Source of the DNA: Ostrea edulis
Lineage: Eukaryota
DNA: 64,000 bases
Assembly: GCF_947568905.1 (NCBI RefSeq)
Contig: NC_079167.1
Location: forward strand, 61,318,001 to 61,382,000
Direction of reading: 5' to 3'
Part shown: positions 1 to 14,000 of the stretch, one piece after another
Numbering within the stretch: the first letter of the stretch is position 1
Layout of the letters: every line of letters starts with the position of its first letter
The notes under the pieces: model-generated
Database searches by the model: none
What the model saw: only the letters and a program-made list of their open reading frames with translations
Told to the model about the DNA's origin: nothing
Made by a program: the position numbers and the translations under genes

Positions 1-189
1 AAACTTAGAACATTTAGACTTGAGAAGCACTTTTTCAATTTCCCTCAATTTAGTTAAAATCCTAATTTTTGAGATCATTTTTCTTTCAAAAAATAAACGG
101 AGCTTTGAACACCCCCCCCCCCCCCCTCAACATTTAAAATAGATATTTATCATACACAAGCATTCTGAGAGTATTGCATGGCAATACAT

Positions 190-838
190 AGTCCCCTACC
201 GGTTGCAAAAATCACTGTTATTGTAAAAGGAAAAATTGGGGAACCAGGATAGGAATGGTTGGAAATCAACTACTATTCGAGCAGAGACAATACCAGGAAA
301 AAAGACAAATTTATAATTAGGTTTAGGTCTTTAACCAAGTCAATAAACTGTGACATGTAGGTGATCATGACTAATTTAGCTATATTGTTGTATTACTATG
401 CTAGAAGTTTTACTCTTATCTACAGAGATAGGAAACTTAGATGTAACCTAACAATTCATGCTATTTTTCTAAGTCCAAGGGTCATAACTTAATGAAAAAT
501 CAACGGACCAAGATGAAATTCGAACTTGATTTGTAACTTGTTATAGCAAAGCAATGTACCAAATATCAAATGAACATCTGCAAGCACAACCAAAAAAAAG
601 TCTGGAAAACTGATAATTCATGCTATTTTTCTAAGTCCATGGGCCATAACTTCATGAAAAATCAACGGACCGAGACAAAATTCAAACTTGATCTGTAACT
701 TGTTATGGCAAAGCAACATACTAAATATAAAATAAATATGTGCAAGTAGAGAAAAAAGTGCGGGAAAATGGACTGACGGACAGATTGATAGAGCGCAAAC
801 CTTAAGTCCCTTTAGACTTCGTCAGTAGGGGACTAATA
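190..838 (-). mobile_element. Non-autonomous Helitron-like (pearl/CvA-type) element with about 160-bp internal tandem repeats
   Basis: Subterminal inverted motif agtcccctac (about 191) / gtaggggact (about 825); two about 160-bp units starting ttcatgctatttttctaagtcc (455, 618); ggactgacggacagattgata microsatellite-like core. Family assignment is from recalled architecture. Confidence 0.5.
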
Positions 839-2003
839 AAAAGTATGTCCCAGCCTATATTCTAGAAGAAAAACTGCAAGGAAAATAGTGTTTATATACA
901 AGTAGTATCATGTCAGAATACTGAAAATGGTGGGGAAACTTCATTTTAGATGTTATAATTCGACAAAATAAGCCATGTTTTGAAAAACATTTAGTGGCCA
1001 AATAGTGCTCATATCACACCCAGTCCTTTGATGATGGGGGTTGGGTTGTTGGGGGGTTGGGGAACACTCGAATATTTACGCATACAACATTATGTACCTA
1101 CACCCAAATTATTCAGGAGGCCTTCTAGAGAATGTCTTCCAATCTATTGTTTCTCATCATTCTCGGGAAATTATCCTCAAAACATTTTCTACATACTAAA
1201 CATGTACAGGGAACTTCAGCTGAACAGGAAACTCAATTATTTACTAAAATTATAAGACCGAAAATTACTAAACAGGGAAGCTGTGAAAAACAGGAAAGAT
1301 AAAATTGCAACACACACTGATGTTTATTTCACAAACAATATAGACAGAAAATCTAAAATCATGAGTTTGTATAATACTGGTAAATCCTTCATATGCAATG
1401 TTTATATGAGATTAAAAATAAACACCAGATCACTTGTAAAAAATACTCTATCGCATGTTAAAAAGTACTTTAATTCAAAGTTTTAATGTAATTTAAATGT
1501 ACATGTTAGTAACAATTAAAATATTTCAAATAGGTGGAGGCTGCTTTAATTCCTCATTATCACTATGTGTTCAGTTTGGTTGTTTGATGTTCTGGAGTCT
1601 AGATGAAGACCCCCCCCCCCCCCAAAAAAAACCCAACACTCCAAAAATCCCCGCTGTGGCTGGTTTAACACTACAGAATGTTTAGTGAATGTGGATTGGG
1701 TAACAAGAGTTCATATGTATACCCTTTCTACAAAGACAACACAACTGATTTTGTACCGGAAATCAAAATGGCCAAATAAGCATTTAAACCTCAGTAGGGC
1801 ACACTTTCAGAATAGCACATTATAAACAGGTATACACTCAGTAAATTTCATGATTTTCAGCAATCTTGTGATTTCTAGATGAAAGCAATTTCAGAGTGTA
1901 AACAATGTCAATTTCTTCAAAACTTTCCTCACTGTTTTGATCGATCCATTTCAAAATATCACAGACATAAAGTTATGAATTGCACACTTGAGTCGCGTGT
2001 CCA

Positions 2004-5000
2004 CTAATCTGCTGTAAAAGCCTGAAGACCGGTGATTGCTCGTCCCAAAATCAAGGCATGGATGTCATGTGTACCTGAAACAGTGGTAAGTTGTCAGTTA
2101 TTGTTACATATCAGAATTCATGTTATTTCACAAGACCTTTTGGCTGAAGGTTTAAGATACAAGATGAAATACACCACATATCCAAAATTTATAATTCTCT
2201 ACTACCCTAATAGATATTTTGATAAAAAAAATTCACCAAGTTTGAAACACTCTTTGTAGATAATATTTGGGATTTTAGTAAAAGGATGTACAGATTCTAG
2301 GACAAAAGTCTTTCATCATATAATTAATATCCTTGATATATCTATAATCCCCGTATTAAACCGTTCAAGAGATTGTTACCTTCGTATGTGTTCACCGCCT
2401 CCAGATTCATCACATGCCTGATGACGTGGTACTCGTCCGATATTCCATTTCCTCCGAGCATGTCTCGAGCTGCACGGGATATGTCCAGAGCCTTCCCACA
2501 GGAGTTTCTTTTGATCATTGAAATCATTTCTGGTGTTGCTCTGTTTGTATTAAATATCAGTTCATGTTTAGCAACAGTTGAACAGTAAACTGAAAGGTCA
2601 AACAGTGCAACAAAGCAAGTTTAGGAGAGGGTATGATGGAATCATCAGTCCATTGTCTGTCAGCCCATCTGTCTGTGGATTTGCTTTTGTCAAAGACATT
2701 TTTCAAGAGACTAGAGCATGGATTTCTCTAAAAATTTGTATAATCTTTATCCACACCCCTGTGAAAAAGTTTGTCTTCGTGTCAAAAAGATTTATTTATT
2801 CTTCAATGAGAACAAATTAACTATTAACCACCATCCAATGAACTCTGCAAGAGGTAACAGTCCCTTTAGGACGGGGTAACAGTCCCTTTAGGACAGTTCT
2901 AAGTTTCAGTTTACTTTGTATGTAAAGTAATTTTCTGTATTTACTCAAACTCCTTATATTACATGTATTATCATAGTTTTTTTCTTGGTAATCTTTTTAT
3001 TTCATATACGGTATACAGGAACAATATAACTTATTAAAAATAATTTCTCTCTTACATCATCATGTGGACATAAAGGAGAAATGTTCAGCCTTCTGTCTAA
3101 TCCTTATTATGTTTATAATGTATTTTAAAATAAAAAAAAGAAAATGTTACAAGATTTTTTTTTTTACAATTTTTAAATTACAAAACCAAGTAGCAACTTC
3201 CACACTGGGCACTTACTTTCCTTCGTCTTTCAGTCTTCCGACCTGTAAACATGCTTGAAGGCCTATTGAGATTTCTGTTAACATGTCGGCCATTTTCTTT
3301 TGCGGGAGTTGATTTTTGGCCAAGGGCTTTCCAAACTGGAACCTACATACATATCATGTATATAAGTGATAAATAAATAACAAATACTATATATTCTAAC
3401 AGTATGTGAAGAACAACTCATTCAAAACATCAGAAATTCTTCGTAAAATTGCTCTATATAACAATAAGTTCAAAATAAGTTTCCAATATTACTGTTAATT
3501 AATCTGTAGTTATACATGTTCCCATCTGAGCATGAACAAAACCTTAAAATACCAATTAAATACCTGTCCAATGTGTATTGTCGAGCGGCATCCAGACAGA
3601 ACTCGGCTGCACCAAGTGTGCCCCAGGCAATGCCGTACCTAGCACTGTTAAGACATCCGAAAGGACCCTGTAGTCATAAAAAAATATACAAACTATGTAT
3701 GTACCCACAAAAAAAAGTTTGATTTTCCTTTACATTCAATGCTCTGCAATACTGGTTATAGACTTGTACTATTAATCAGCGTACGACATACCCTATTTAT
3801 AAATATCAAAACAAAAATGTAAGCTTAAAAACAAATTCTTCAATGTTCTTCAATTTTGAGACAAGATATATCACTTCTGTATAGAATAGAGAGTGGAATC
3901 CTAGACACAATATATTCCATGTAATTTTGTCATAAATCTATAGATATACATCAATCTATATATACTGTACATGTTGCTCACCCACTAAATATTTCCTGAT
4001 AGAAAAATTTCAACAAAGCACATAAACTTGCTATCCACATAAACATGGACATTTTATGCCTACATACTTGCACATATTATCATATGCATACTTGAGATTT
4101 TAATTGAGAGAATTAACTGATGATAATTCAACTATCACTCAGTATGATGTGTATACATGTACTTTGAAATGCACAATAATTCATGCAATGTAGCAAAAAA
4201 ATTGGAGTGCATAAATATTCAGCACTTGGAGAAAATTACTATTTTAAAAATAATATTTCCTAAACAACTTAATTAATGGTAGAAATGACTGAAGAACTAC
4301 TAATGGGCTTAAGGAACCATGCATCTAATTCTGCCAAAGGCAGGAGAAACAGACAACACTCACAATGATTTGCATTACATACCCCTAAACCAATCACATT
4401 CGGCATCATATTTTCCTCAGGAACCTCTACATCATCCATGGCAATCTGACCGGTGATGCTTGCCCGGAGAGAGAATTTGCCCTCTATCTTTGGAGCAGTC
4501 AGTCCCTTCATCCCTTTCTCCAGGATAAACCCACGGATTTTGTTATTGTCTCTGTCACATTTAGCCCATACAATGAACACATCAGCAATGGGGGAGTTAG
4601 TAATCCTGTAAGAGTAAGTCATTATACAATAAACACATCAGATAGTAATCCTGTAAGTGTAAGTCATTATACAATGAACACATCAGATAGTAATCCTGTA
4701 AGTGTAAGTCATTATACAATGAACACATCAGATAGTAATCCTGTAAGTGTAAGTCATTATACAATGAACACATCAGCAATGGGGGAGTTAGTAATCCTGT
4801 AAGTGTAAGTCATTATACAATGAACACATCAGCAATGGGGGAGTTAGTAATCCTGTAAGTGTAAGTCATTATACAATGAACACATCAGCAATGGGAGAGT
4901 TAGTAATCCTGTAAGAGTAAGTCATTATACAATGAACACATCAGATAGTAATCCTGTAAGTGTAAGTCATTATGTTTGCTGGGATGAATGGCCAAAAGGC

Positions 5001-8000
5001 TTCAATGACAAGTGTTTACAGTGTGTCTATTTTAGAGTTGTTCATTTCCAGTGTTTAAAGTTATTCATTTGCCTGCTGCAGTGTGAAATGTCTGAAATTT
5101 ACATCTGCAGTGAATGCTTGCTGCAAGCATTAAATTCAAATGAACATGTTAATTTCAATTGTGATCAGTTATATCAAGATGAGCAATGAAAAAGATTTAA
5201 TGTCTTGTTCGGACAAAAGTAACACTAAACTTGTACGGGCAGTAAACCATCAGAAATCTGTGGTGCAGATGTAAAAGTTTAGTTCGAGAGTAGTGCATGC
5301 TTCTCCTAAATTTCTTATCATCTCATTTGACATAAATAGAGGATCTTGAACGAGTGCTTATGGCATATGAAATTTATGAAATGAGTTACCGGATTTGATA
5401 CTTACCGAGCCTTGGTGAGGGAAATATTCAAATCCGATAACGAATTTCATAAATTTCATGTCATAAGCATGAGTGTAAGATTCTATTTTATCACATAACT
5501 ATCATTAAACGCACATTTTAATTTAATTTCTATTTCACAACCCGAATGTCACAGAAATGTTTTGCTTTCAATTCGATTGTGACGTCGGCGATATGTCATG
5601 GTTTGAAGAAACTTGAAATTATTTCCATTCCATAAAAGACACAAAATCCTCTTGGAACAACCTTGGTGACAAAACAAGGTCTGTTGCCATCAATGTCAAC
5701 AATTTTTAAAAGGATGACATGTTGTTTTGTTTATGTGGTGCATGAATGATTGACCTACCTAATTTGCATAATTATGAACCTATGCTACGAGTTCATATAA
5801 TTTTTCCGAACCCGTGTTATGAACCTGGGAAAAGTACTGTTGTGTGATAAATTAGGGTAAGAAAAATAACTATTTTGAAAACAATTATAACTCTAGCATG
5901 TTTGTAAGGATTCACTGTAGGTTAGTGTTAATCTTTAAAAATAAAACAAAACAAACAAGCAGACAAAAAAACTAACTCTGTGGATATGCTGCAGGTAAAG
6001 ACTTGTGAATCATGAATAACTAGTATTTAAACTTAACCCATGGACTAACCTTTAATCACATACATAGACACACTATCACTGCCCCATTCAGAGTGTAAAT
6101 TTTGTTTATAAACACATAAACATCATGACTATGACCCATTAAGAGTGTAAATTTTATCTTCAAACATATACAGTGCTCCCTCGATATATTGCCCCCGTTA
6201 TAATGCCAACCCTGCATAATGCAACATGCCACTGATTTTCTAAAACATGGTCAAATTTTACAGGGTTTATCATTGATGATAATGCCAATAACCTAACGCC
6301 CATAGGTAATCACACCTGTATGTTGATAGTGGTGTGGTGAAGAGTGACAGTTCGGACAAGGCATTCAGGTGATCAGGTTAATTACAAATAATTGCTGAAA
6401 ACTCAAGATTATTTAAATGTTGATGCAGAATAGAGCCCAAATAAATTTACAGAATTGAATTTCTTTTGACTGCTCAGTGAATTGTCTGTAACAGTGAATT
6501 TGCTATATTGCAACCCCCTGCTTTATTGCCAAAATTGGTCTTGAACAAAAGTTTGTCATTAAAACACATACACACCATAACTTTGTTCCATTAAAACACA
6601 CACACACACACCATGACTTTGTTCCATTAAAAAAAACACACACCATGACTTTGTTCCATTAAAACACATACACACACCATTAACTTTGTTCCATTAAAAC
6701 ACACACACACACCATGACTTTGTTCCATTAAAACACACACACACACACCACAACTTTGTTCCATTAAAACACACACACACCATGACTTTGTCCCATTAAA
6801 ACATACACACCATGACTTTGTTCCATTAAAACACATACACACCATGACTTTGTCCCATTAAAACACATACACACCATGACTTTGTCCCATTAAAACACAC
6901 ACACACACACCATGACTTTGTCCCATTAAAACACACACACACACCATGACTGTTCCATTAAAACACATACACACCATGACTTTGTCCCATTAAAACACAC
7001 ACACACACACACACCATGACTGTTCCATTAAAACACATACACACCATGACTTTGTCCCATTAAAACACATACACACCATGACTTTGTCCCATTAAAACAC
7101 ATACACACCATGACTTTGTCCCATTAAAACACACACACACACCATGACTTTGTCCCATTAAAACACACACACACACCATGACTGTTCCATTAAAACACAT
7201 ACACACCATGACTTTGTCCCATTAAAACACATACACACACCATAACTTTGTTCCATTAAAACACACACACACCATGACTTTGTCCCATTAAAACACATAC
7301 ACACCATGACTTTGTCCCATTAAGAGTGAAGGTTTTGCTGGAGGGATTGTATTTAGCTCTCGTCTCCATTGATGACGGATCACTTCCATGGTTTGGCTCT
7401 GTCAGTCCGAAACATCCAATCAGCTCTCCCTTAGCTACAAAAATCAAAAATAATCAATGATATACACTTTATTCTAATTTACATGCAATTAAACATGTAT
7501 GAGCAATTTCAAAATATAATGCAGTTGAAAAGTTGTAAACTACCGGTACTAATAAGTAAAACTCATTTTCAATGAACTTGATTGTAGCAAATGTTGGTAC
7601 CACTGTGGTACAACTGTAGCAAATATCCCAAGCTATACTGATCTTTGCTATTATCATATACCCATCAATAATCTGTGCTTTGATACTGATGGTCACAAAG
7701 TGTGATCCGGCTTTCCAGATGATGTCTCTCTGAGACTGATCATGTCACAATGCTTCAACGCATGTTTTAATTCCCCAAAAATGATCAATGACATCAAAAA
7801 GAAAATTGCCCATACCAAAAATAATATCAATATATGTTTGTTTTTTTAAGGAATACATTCATTATCTTAAAAACGTGTATTCAAAAATGCATAAGGGGGT
7901 ATAAGATAAATTTATCATTAGTGATTTTACTGCAGTAACTTGATCCAAAGAATTGGATCACGTCTCATTGACAGATGAATATCATCAGGTCAAACTCAAC

Positions 8001-11000
8001 ACTTCGCGTTTCATTTGATCTGATGATCTGTGCCTGTCAACTCGATATAATCTCCAGACTCTTCAGATCAAGTTACTGTTGTAATATAGATTAACAGTAT
8101 TCATATGGATGGCCTAGATCACAACTGTGCTTACCATGATCAAAGTATTACACAATTCTGACAATACTGGTAATAATCCATGGCTGTGCCTGCATTTCAG
8201 CTAAAATTTGAATGCTTTAATTACATGTAGCAGGCTGCAGACAGGGTGATTTATTGATGAAATATCTAGCATGTTATTATTAGTTACACAGTCAGTTTGG
8301 GACGTAATACGGAGTCATCCAGGGTGTGAAATGGAAATCAGTATTGGGTGAGGCGAAGCCGGGTCCAAATACGGAATTCCATTTCACACCCTGGACAACT
8401 CCGTATTATGTCCCAAACTGACTGTGTAATGAATTTATCCCACTAAAAACCTTTAGAAAATTTGTTAAGATTTCAGTAACATTTTTGATAAATATTATTC
8501 AATTACTAAATTGAATTCCATATACATGTGTCACATTGAAAATCATATAAGGGCTATTCCAGAAATAAATACATGGGGGGGTCGGGAGGCACCTTTTGTA
8601 TATACCAAGCACCCATAAAAAAAAATAAAAAATTACCCCATGACCCATCAAATTAATAAACTCATTTTACAATGACCCATCTAATAAAAAAAAAAAAAAC
8701 TAACCAGACCCACCACAAAAATATTTTTAAAAATGAAAACGGTACAAATCTCGCGAGGTTTTCGGGACAAACATTCTAGTCAATGACGCGGTAATGCCTG
8801 TATCACAGTAGTTCTGAAGAAACGATGTCACATCAACAATCAAAAGCATCTATGGCGGGAATGTTGGAAAGATTGGGAGTCCAAACGATGCTATTATCAT
8901 GAAATGGGTATGGATATGTTTTTCCACGAATCGTTCGTCTTCTAATGGAGTCCGCGCCCGGAGGCCTCTATATCACCATCACACCGACTGATAAATAATA
9001 TGATTACGGTGTGACCGTTGGGGTGAGCGCAGCATATCTGAATACATTTTCAAAAAATTTATATTGAAAACAAGGAAAACTGATCTGGTTCACTGTCAAT
9101 ACGTAGGATTACTGTCTTGCTCTTCTCGCCAATGTAGGAACCAGTTTAGCGGGAAATGCAACGAGCGTGTTGTGACGTAGCCTGGTAGTTGTGATGTGAC
9201 TGTTTACATTTCTTTAGACAATATTTTAAAAAGAAAAAGAAAGGGGGAAGAATATGATTGTCATCCTTTCCTTTCAAATAAGAAAGGTTTGTAATACTTC
9301 AAAGATTTTTTTATTATTATTATTTTACGAATCGAACCATCCGCCATTTTGTACGAGGGACTTCTGGGATTAGCGTCAAAAAAAAATTTTTGTTAGAGGT
9401 TGAGATTTAGCTCGGATTATTTCCCGCGCTCTAGTCATTAGAGCTCGCAGTACGAGCCAGCGCTCCGCGCTGGCTCGCTGCGCTCGCTATAACGCATCGG
9501 TACCCTCGTATAAATCAACTAAGGTTTGCCTATTTTTATTAGAAAACGGAATACCTATTGGTTTCAAAATATTCCCAAAATCGATGCACTGTAAACTGTA
9601 ATAATCTACAGAACAGAGTTCGCCGCCATCACGTCCAAAGGGACCCTACTAAATGTGCCTCTAATTTGAAGAGTGCCGTAATGGAAAGTTATGCGCTGCA
9701 AAGAGTGACAACTCGAATAGTTCTATGTTACTTCCGATTTCCGATTTCGAAAGCACGTTTTCAATTTTCCCTCCGACGTTTTGTAACCAACACGACAAGA
9801 GCGACAATAAAAATATTCTGAAAACTCAACACCCACGTGGCACAAAATAAAACAATAGAAACTACCCACTACCCATAATAAATATTTTTTTAACAGTCCA
9901 ACCACGGACCAATTAAAATATGAAAAAATACGACCACCCACACAAAAAAATTTCGTTTGCCGCCCGACCCCCCCCCCCCCCCCCCCCCCCATTTGATCAT
10001 TTCTGGAACAGCCCTAATCAAAACAACACAATTAAAAATATGAACACTAGCATTAAATAAGTAAATCAATGTATGTTGAAACTGAATGCAGACATACATT
10101 GAAAGCTACGGTTGCTGTCGGACCACCCTTGTACGGAGACGTTGTATTGAAATTCTGAGTCGTCATATGATTCGTAAGTGATGTCACAATTGCCAAGCTC
10201 TCTGAACGGAGACAGTATATTGAAAAATTCAGGGCGTCATGTGATTCGTTAACTTACGTCACAGTCGTCGAACTAATATACCCTCCGGATGGAGACCTTA
10301 TATAAATAAGAACCAAGCAAAAACAATAAGTCTCCAAATTTCGTTTGGGAAACTTAAAAATTTCAGGGCGTCATGTGATATTAAGCTTTTATCCAATCAA
10401 TTACCTACAAATTTGTCTGAAGCGGGATAAATATAGGATATGGTGTTGTAAGATGCTCCAGTATTACGCATTGAGTACTGTCACTACTGTGGTTTGTAAT
10501 ATAGCACTTGTACATGCGAGATATCACATTAAGGGCAGGTAACTCTGTATTTTTTACAGTAAAATACATGAAGAGATCGCGAGCATTAGAAATTTTTTAT
10601 TTTTAAAACATCTTTCATATGCACACTGCAAAACTTGTTTCAAGTTTCACGAGGTACACCTACTGTAATGTAAAATAAATAATTATATAAAGGCTCTTTT
10701 AGAATATATCACTAATTAAATCTTCTAAAATTCCATTATTTTTAATTTAACTGGATTGCTATCTTGCATAATACAATGCACATTTACAGCCTTTACTACA
10801 TGTTGTATAAGCACATTACCATGTATAGTACTAAATTTATAGACAATCAATAGGCCAAAACGTACTTTCTTTTTTTCCAATGCAAAAAAAAAGTACACAA
10901 AACAATGGGCAGCAGTATTATAATACTGAAAGGGTGTTATGCATTTACATGTAATAATTTCATTGAACAAGTTCAAATTTCTCAACAAAAGTAAAATTAC

Positions 11001-14000
11001 TGACACATGTTGAAAATGAAAAGTCAAAATCGTGCATGTTTAGTCTACATTAGTATATAATTTAAATCATACCCAAGTCTGTTAAATTAAATCTATTCTG
11101 GAAATCCCTTACCTAATTTAGGCAGGTATTTTTGTTTCTGTTCTTCTGTGCCATAAGCGTAGATAGGATGCATGACCAGTGAAGACTGCACACTCATAGC
11201 AGATCTATAGCCGCTGTCTACCCTGTTAAAATCAAGTGACTCAATGTAGTGACTATCTGATCTATATCTACTGTCTACCCTGTTAAAATCGAGTGACTCA
11301 ATGTAGTGACTATCTGATCTATATCTACTGTCTGTTAAAATCGAGTGACTCAATGTAGTGACTATCTGATCTATATCTAATGTCTGTTAAAATCGAGTGA
11401 CTCAATGTAGTGACTATCTGATCTATATCTACTGTCTACCCTGTTAAAATCGAGTGACTCAATGTAGTGACTATCTGATCTATATCTACTGTCTACCCTG
11501 TTAAAATCGAGTGACTCAATGTAGTGACTATCTGATCTATATCTACTGTCTGTTAAAATCGAGTGACTCAATGTAGTGACTATCTGATCTATATCTACTG
11601 TCTGTTAAAATCGAGTGACTCAATGTAGTGACTATCTGATCTATATCTACTGTCTACCCTGTTAAAATCGAGTGACTCAATGTAGTGACTATCTGATCTA
11701 TATCTACTGTCTGTTAAAATCGAGTGACTCAATGTAGTGACTATCTGATCTATATCTACTGTCTACCCTGTTAAAATCAAGTGACTCAATGTAGTGACTA
11801 TCTGATCTATATCTACTGTCTACCCTGTTAAAATCGAGTGACTCAATGTAGTGACTATCTGATCTATATCTACTGTCTGTTAAAATCGAGTGACTCAATG
11901 TAGTGACTATCTGATCTATATCTACTGTCTGTTAAAATCGAGTGACTCAATGTAGTGACTATCTGATCTATATCTACTGTCTACCCTGTTAAAATCGAGT
12001 GACTCAATGTAGTGACTATCGGACCTATATCTACTGTCTGTTAAAATCAAGTGACTCAATGTAGTGACTATCTGATCTGTTAAAATCAAGTGACTCAATG
12101 TAGTAACAAGTTCTATATGGTTGTAAAGAGAAATGAGATGTTGTGTGATTCCTATTTATAGATGTTATATGCAATAAATTCATTTAAAAAAAAAAAACAA
12201 TGTCAAAAGCAGCATGTTGAAACCCAAAGAAAAAGGTGCCCTTTCACTCCAGTTTTTCTCTGTATTTTGACAACTTCTACAGAACATGTAGAAAGGAAAA
12301 CATGACAATTTTACAATTTCCTGCTATTAGTAGAAAATTGCACATACATTGTAATTATCTACCTTCTCTATCATGTGGGATCACCTATAAATGCATGAAT
12401 AGGTGGATTTCCCTACTGTTTTAGCTAAACTAGCTATGATTAACACTTTCAATCCATTTTAGATTGAAGATTACAAATGTGTATTATATAACATGCATCA
12501 CCCACAACCAAAACTCATACATGTACATGTAATTGTATTACATAAAATATATGATTTATTTAAAAATTATCATTATGATGTTGTGATGGCAGAAAACAAC
12601 TTTCCCCAATTGAAAAACTATGGATAAAATGATCATTTTCATTGACATTTTTTCCAGATTCGCTAAGTCATTCACACGTATTCAAATATTATTTTGGCAA
12701 GTTTGATAACATCTTAATTTTAGGGCTGATAATTGCTAAAAATAGTTCAAGCCTCTAACAAATTCTATATTTCACCAATTGCACCACAAACAGCATCACA
12801 TCACAACAGGTCATATCTATATAATACATTTCTGAACTAGATGCTTGAATTTTATATCAGTGTTATGTATGCAAAAACCCACACAAACACAGATGCATCA
12901 ATTCATTTCAGTTAAAGCTATACATTTTTATGTTCATGTTTTTCATGGCTGCATCAATTTTTTTTTTTGAGAAATGGACAAATGATTACATCTGTGTATC
13001 TTGTGAAAGCATATCTTCATGTTTATCATGCACTGCACTTAATGTGTACCTTTCGACTTCTCTTGCAATGAGACCGTAGGCCACAGACGACACCCCAGCA
13101 CACCCGTAGCCTTTAATGGTGGGCCCTAATACACCAATTGATCCCATCTCTGGTACAATCTCAGGGTGGAAATCTACAAACAAAAAGAACATCATAAGAG
13201 TTCTAATATTTCATTAGCTTGATTGTGAAACAGTTTTTTTTATTGCATTAGAAATGACAAAACTATATGACAGTCAAAGAATCTCTATAAATACTGCTTT
13301 ACCTCTGGTCTTCACCTGACAAAACTAGACTGATTTACACGGTACACCACTCATTTATACCAATCTTACAGAAGAATGCAATGAATGAGGAAATATATAA
13401 ATCTACCCCATTCCTGTAATCAATGTTGTTGATTTGCTGTAATATATCTTTATCTTACTCATCCACTCATCCAAATTCACTCTATTCAAAATTTTATGCT
13501 TTGCTAAAAATAGTCAGTGTTCATCAATTCATGCTAAAGCATAGTATAGTTGTTTCCCCGGGCACAAAAAATTACTTTAATGTGTGATTTTGAGTTGTAC
13601 CAAAAAATTACCTACATACCTACGCATTACTACAGACCATGAAGCGTGCTACAACACCTCTAAAGCGTTCCGTTTTATTCCATACAAACCATTCATCGTT
13701 CGCACAGGTGCTTGTGGACAGGACTTCCGGTATAATATAATAAGTATATTATCATTATATTGAAATTATTTTAAATCACCCCTAGGACGAACCAAATAAT
13801 GTCGAAAAATCAAAGCATGCAGACCATGTCTACTATTTCGTGCACGTCATGGTTCACAAATTGTGCAAGCCACGCCTGCCATTTCGTGCAAACCATTCAT
13901 ATAGTGGGCAGGGTTTCATGTAAACCATTCATTGTTCCATGCAAACCGTTCCGGGTAAGAATCATTTTGTACTATTATGTGTAAGTGGTGTAGTAGCATG

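Noticed and set aside
11377-11898. Repeat-protein ORFs ([14 protein letters not shown]..., [11 protein letters not shown]..., [12 protein letters not shown]...)
   Set aside because: Translations of minisatellite units, not independent genes.
4606-12105. CRISPR-like regular repeats (also 36545-37053)
   Set aside because: Units are head-to-tail with no unique spacers and no cas genes, in a eukaryotic intron context.
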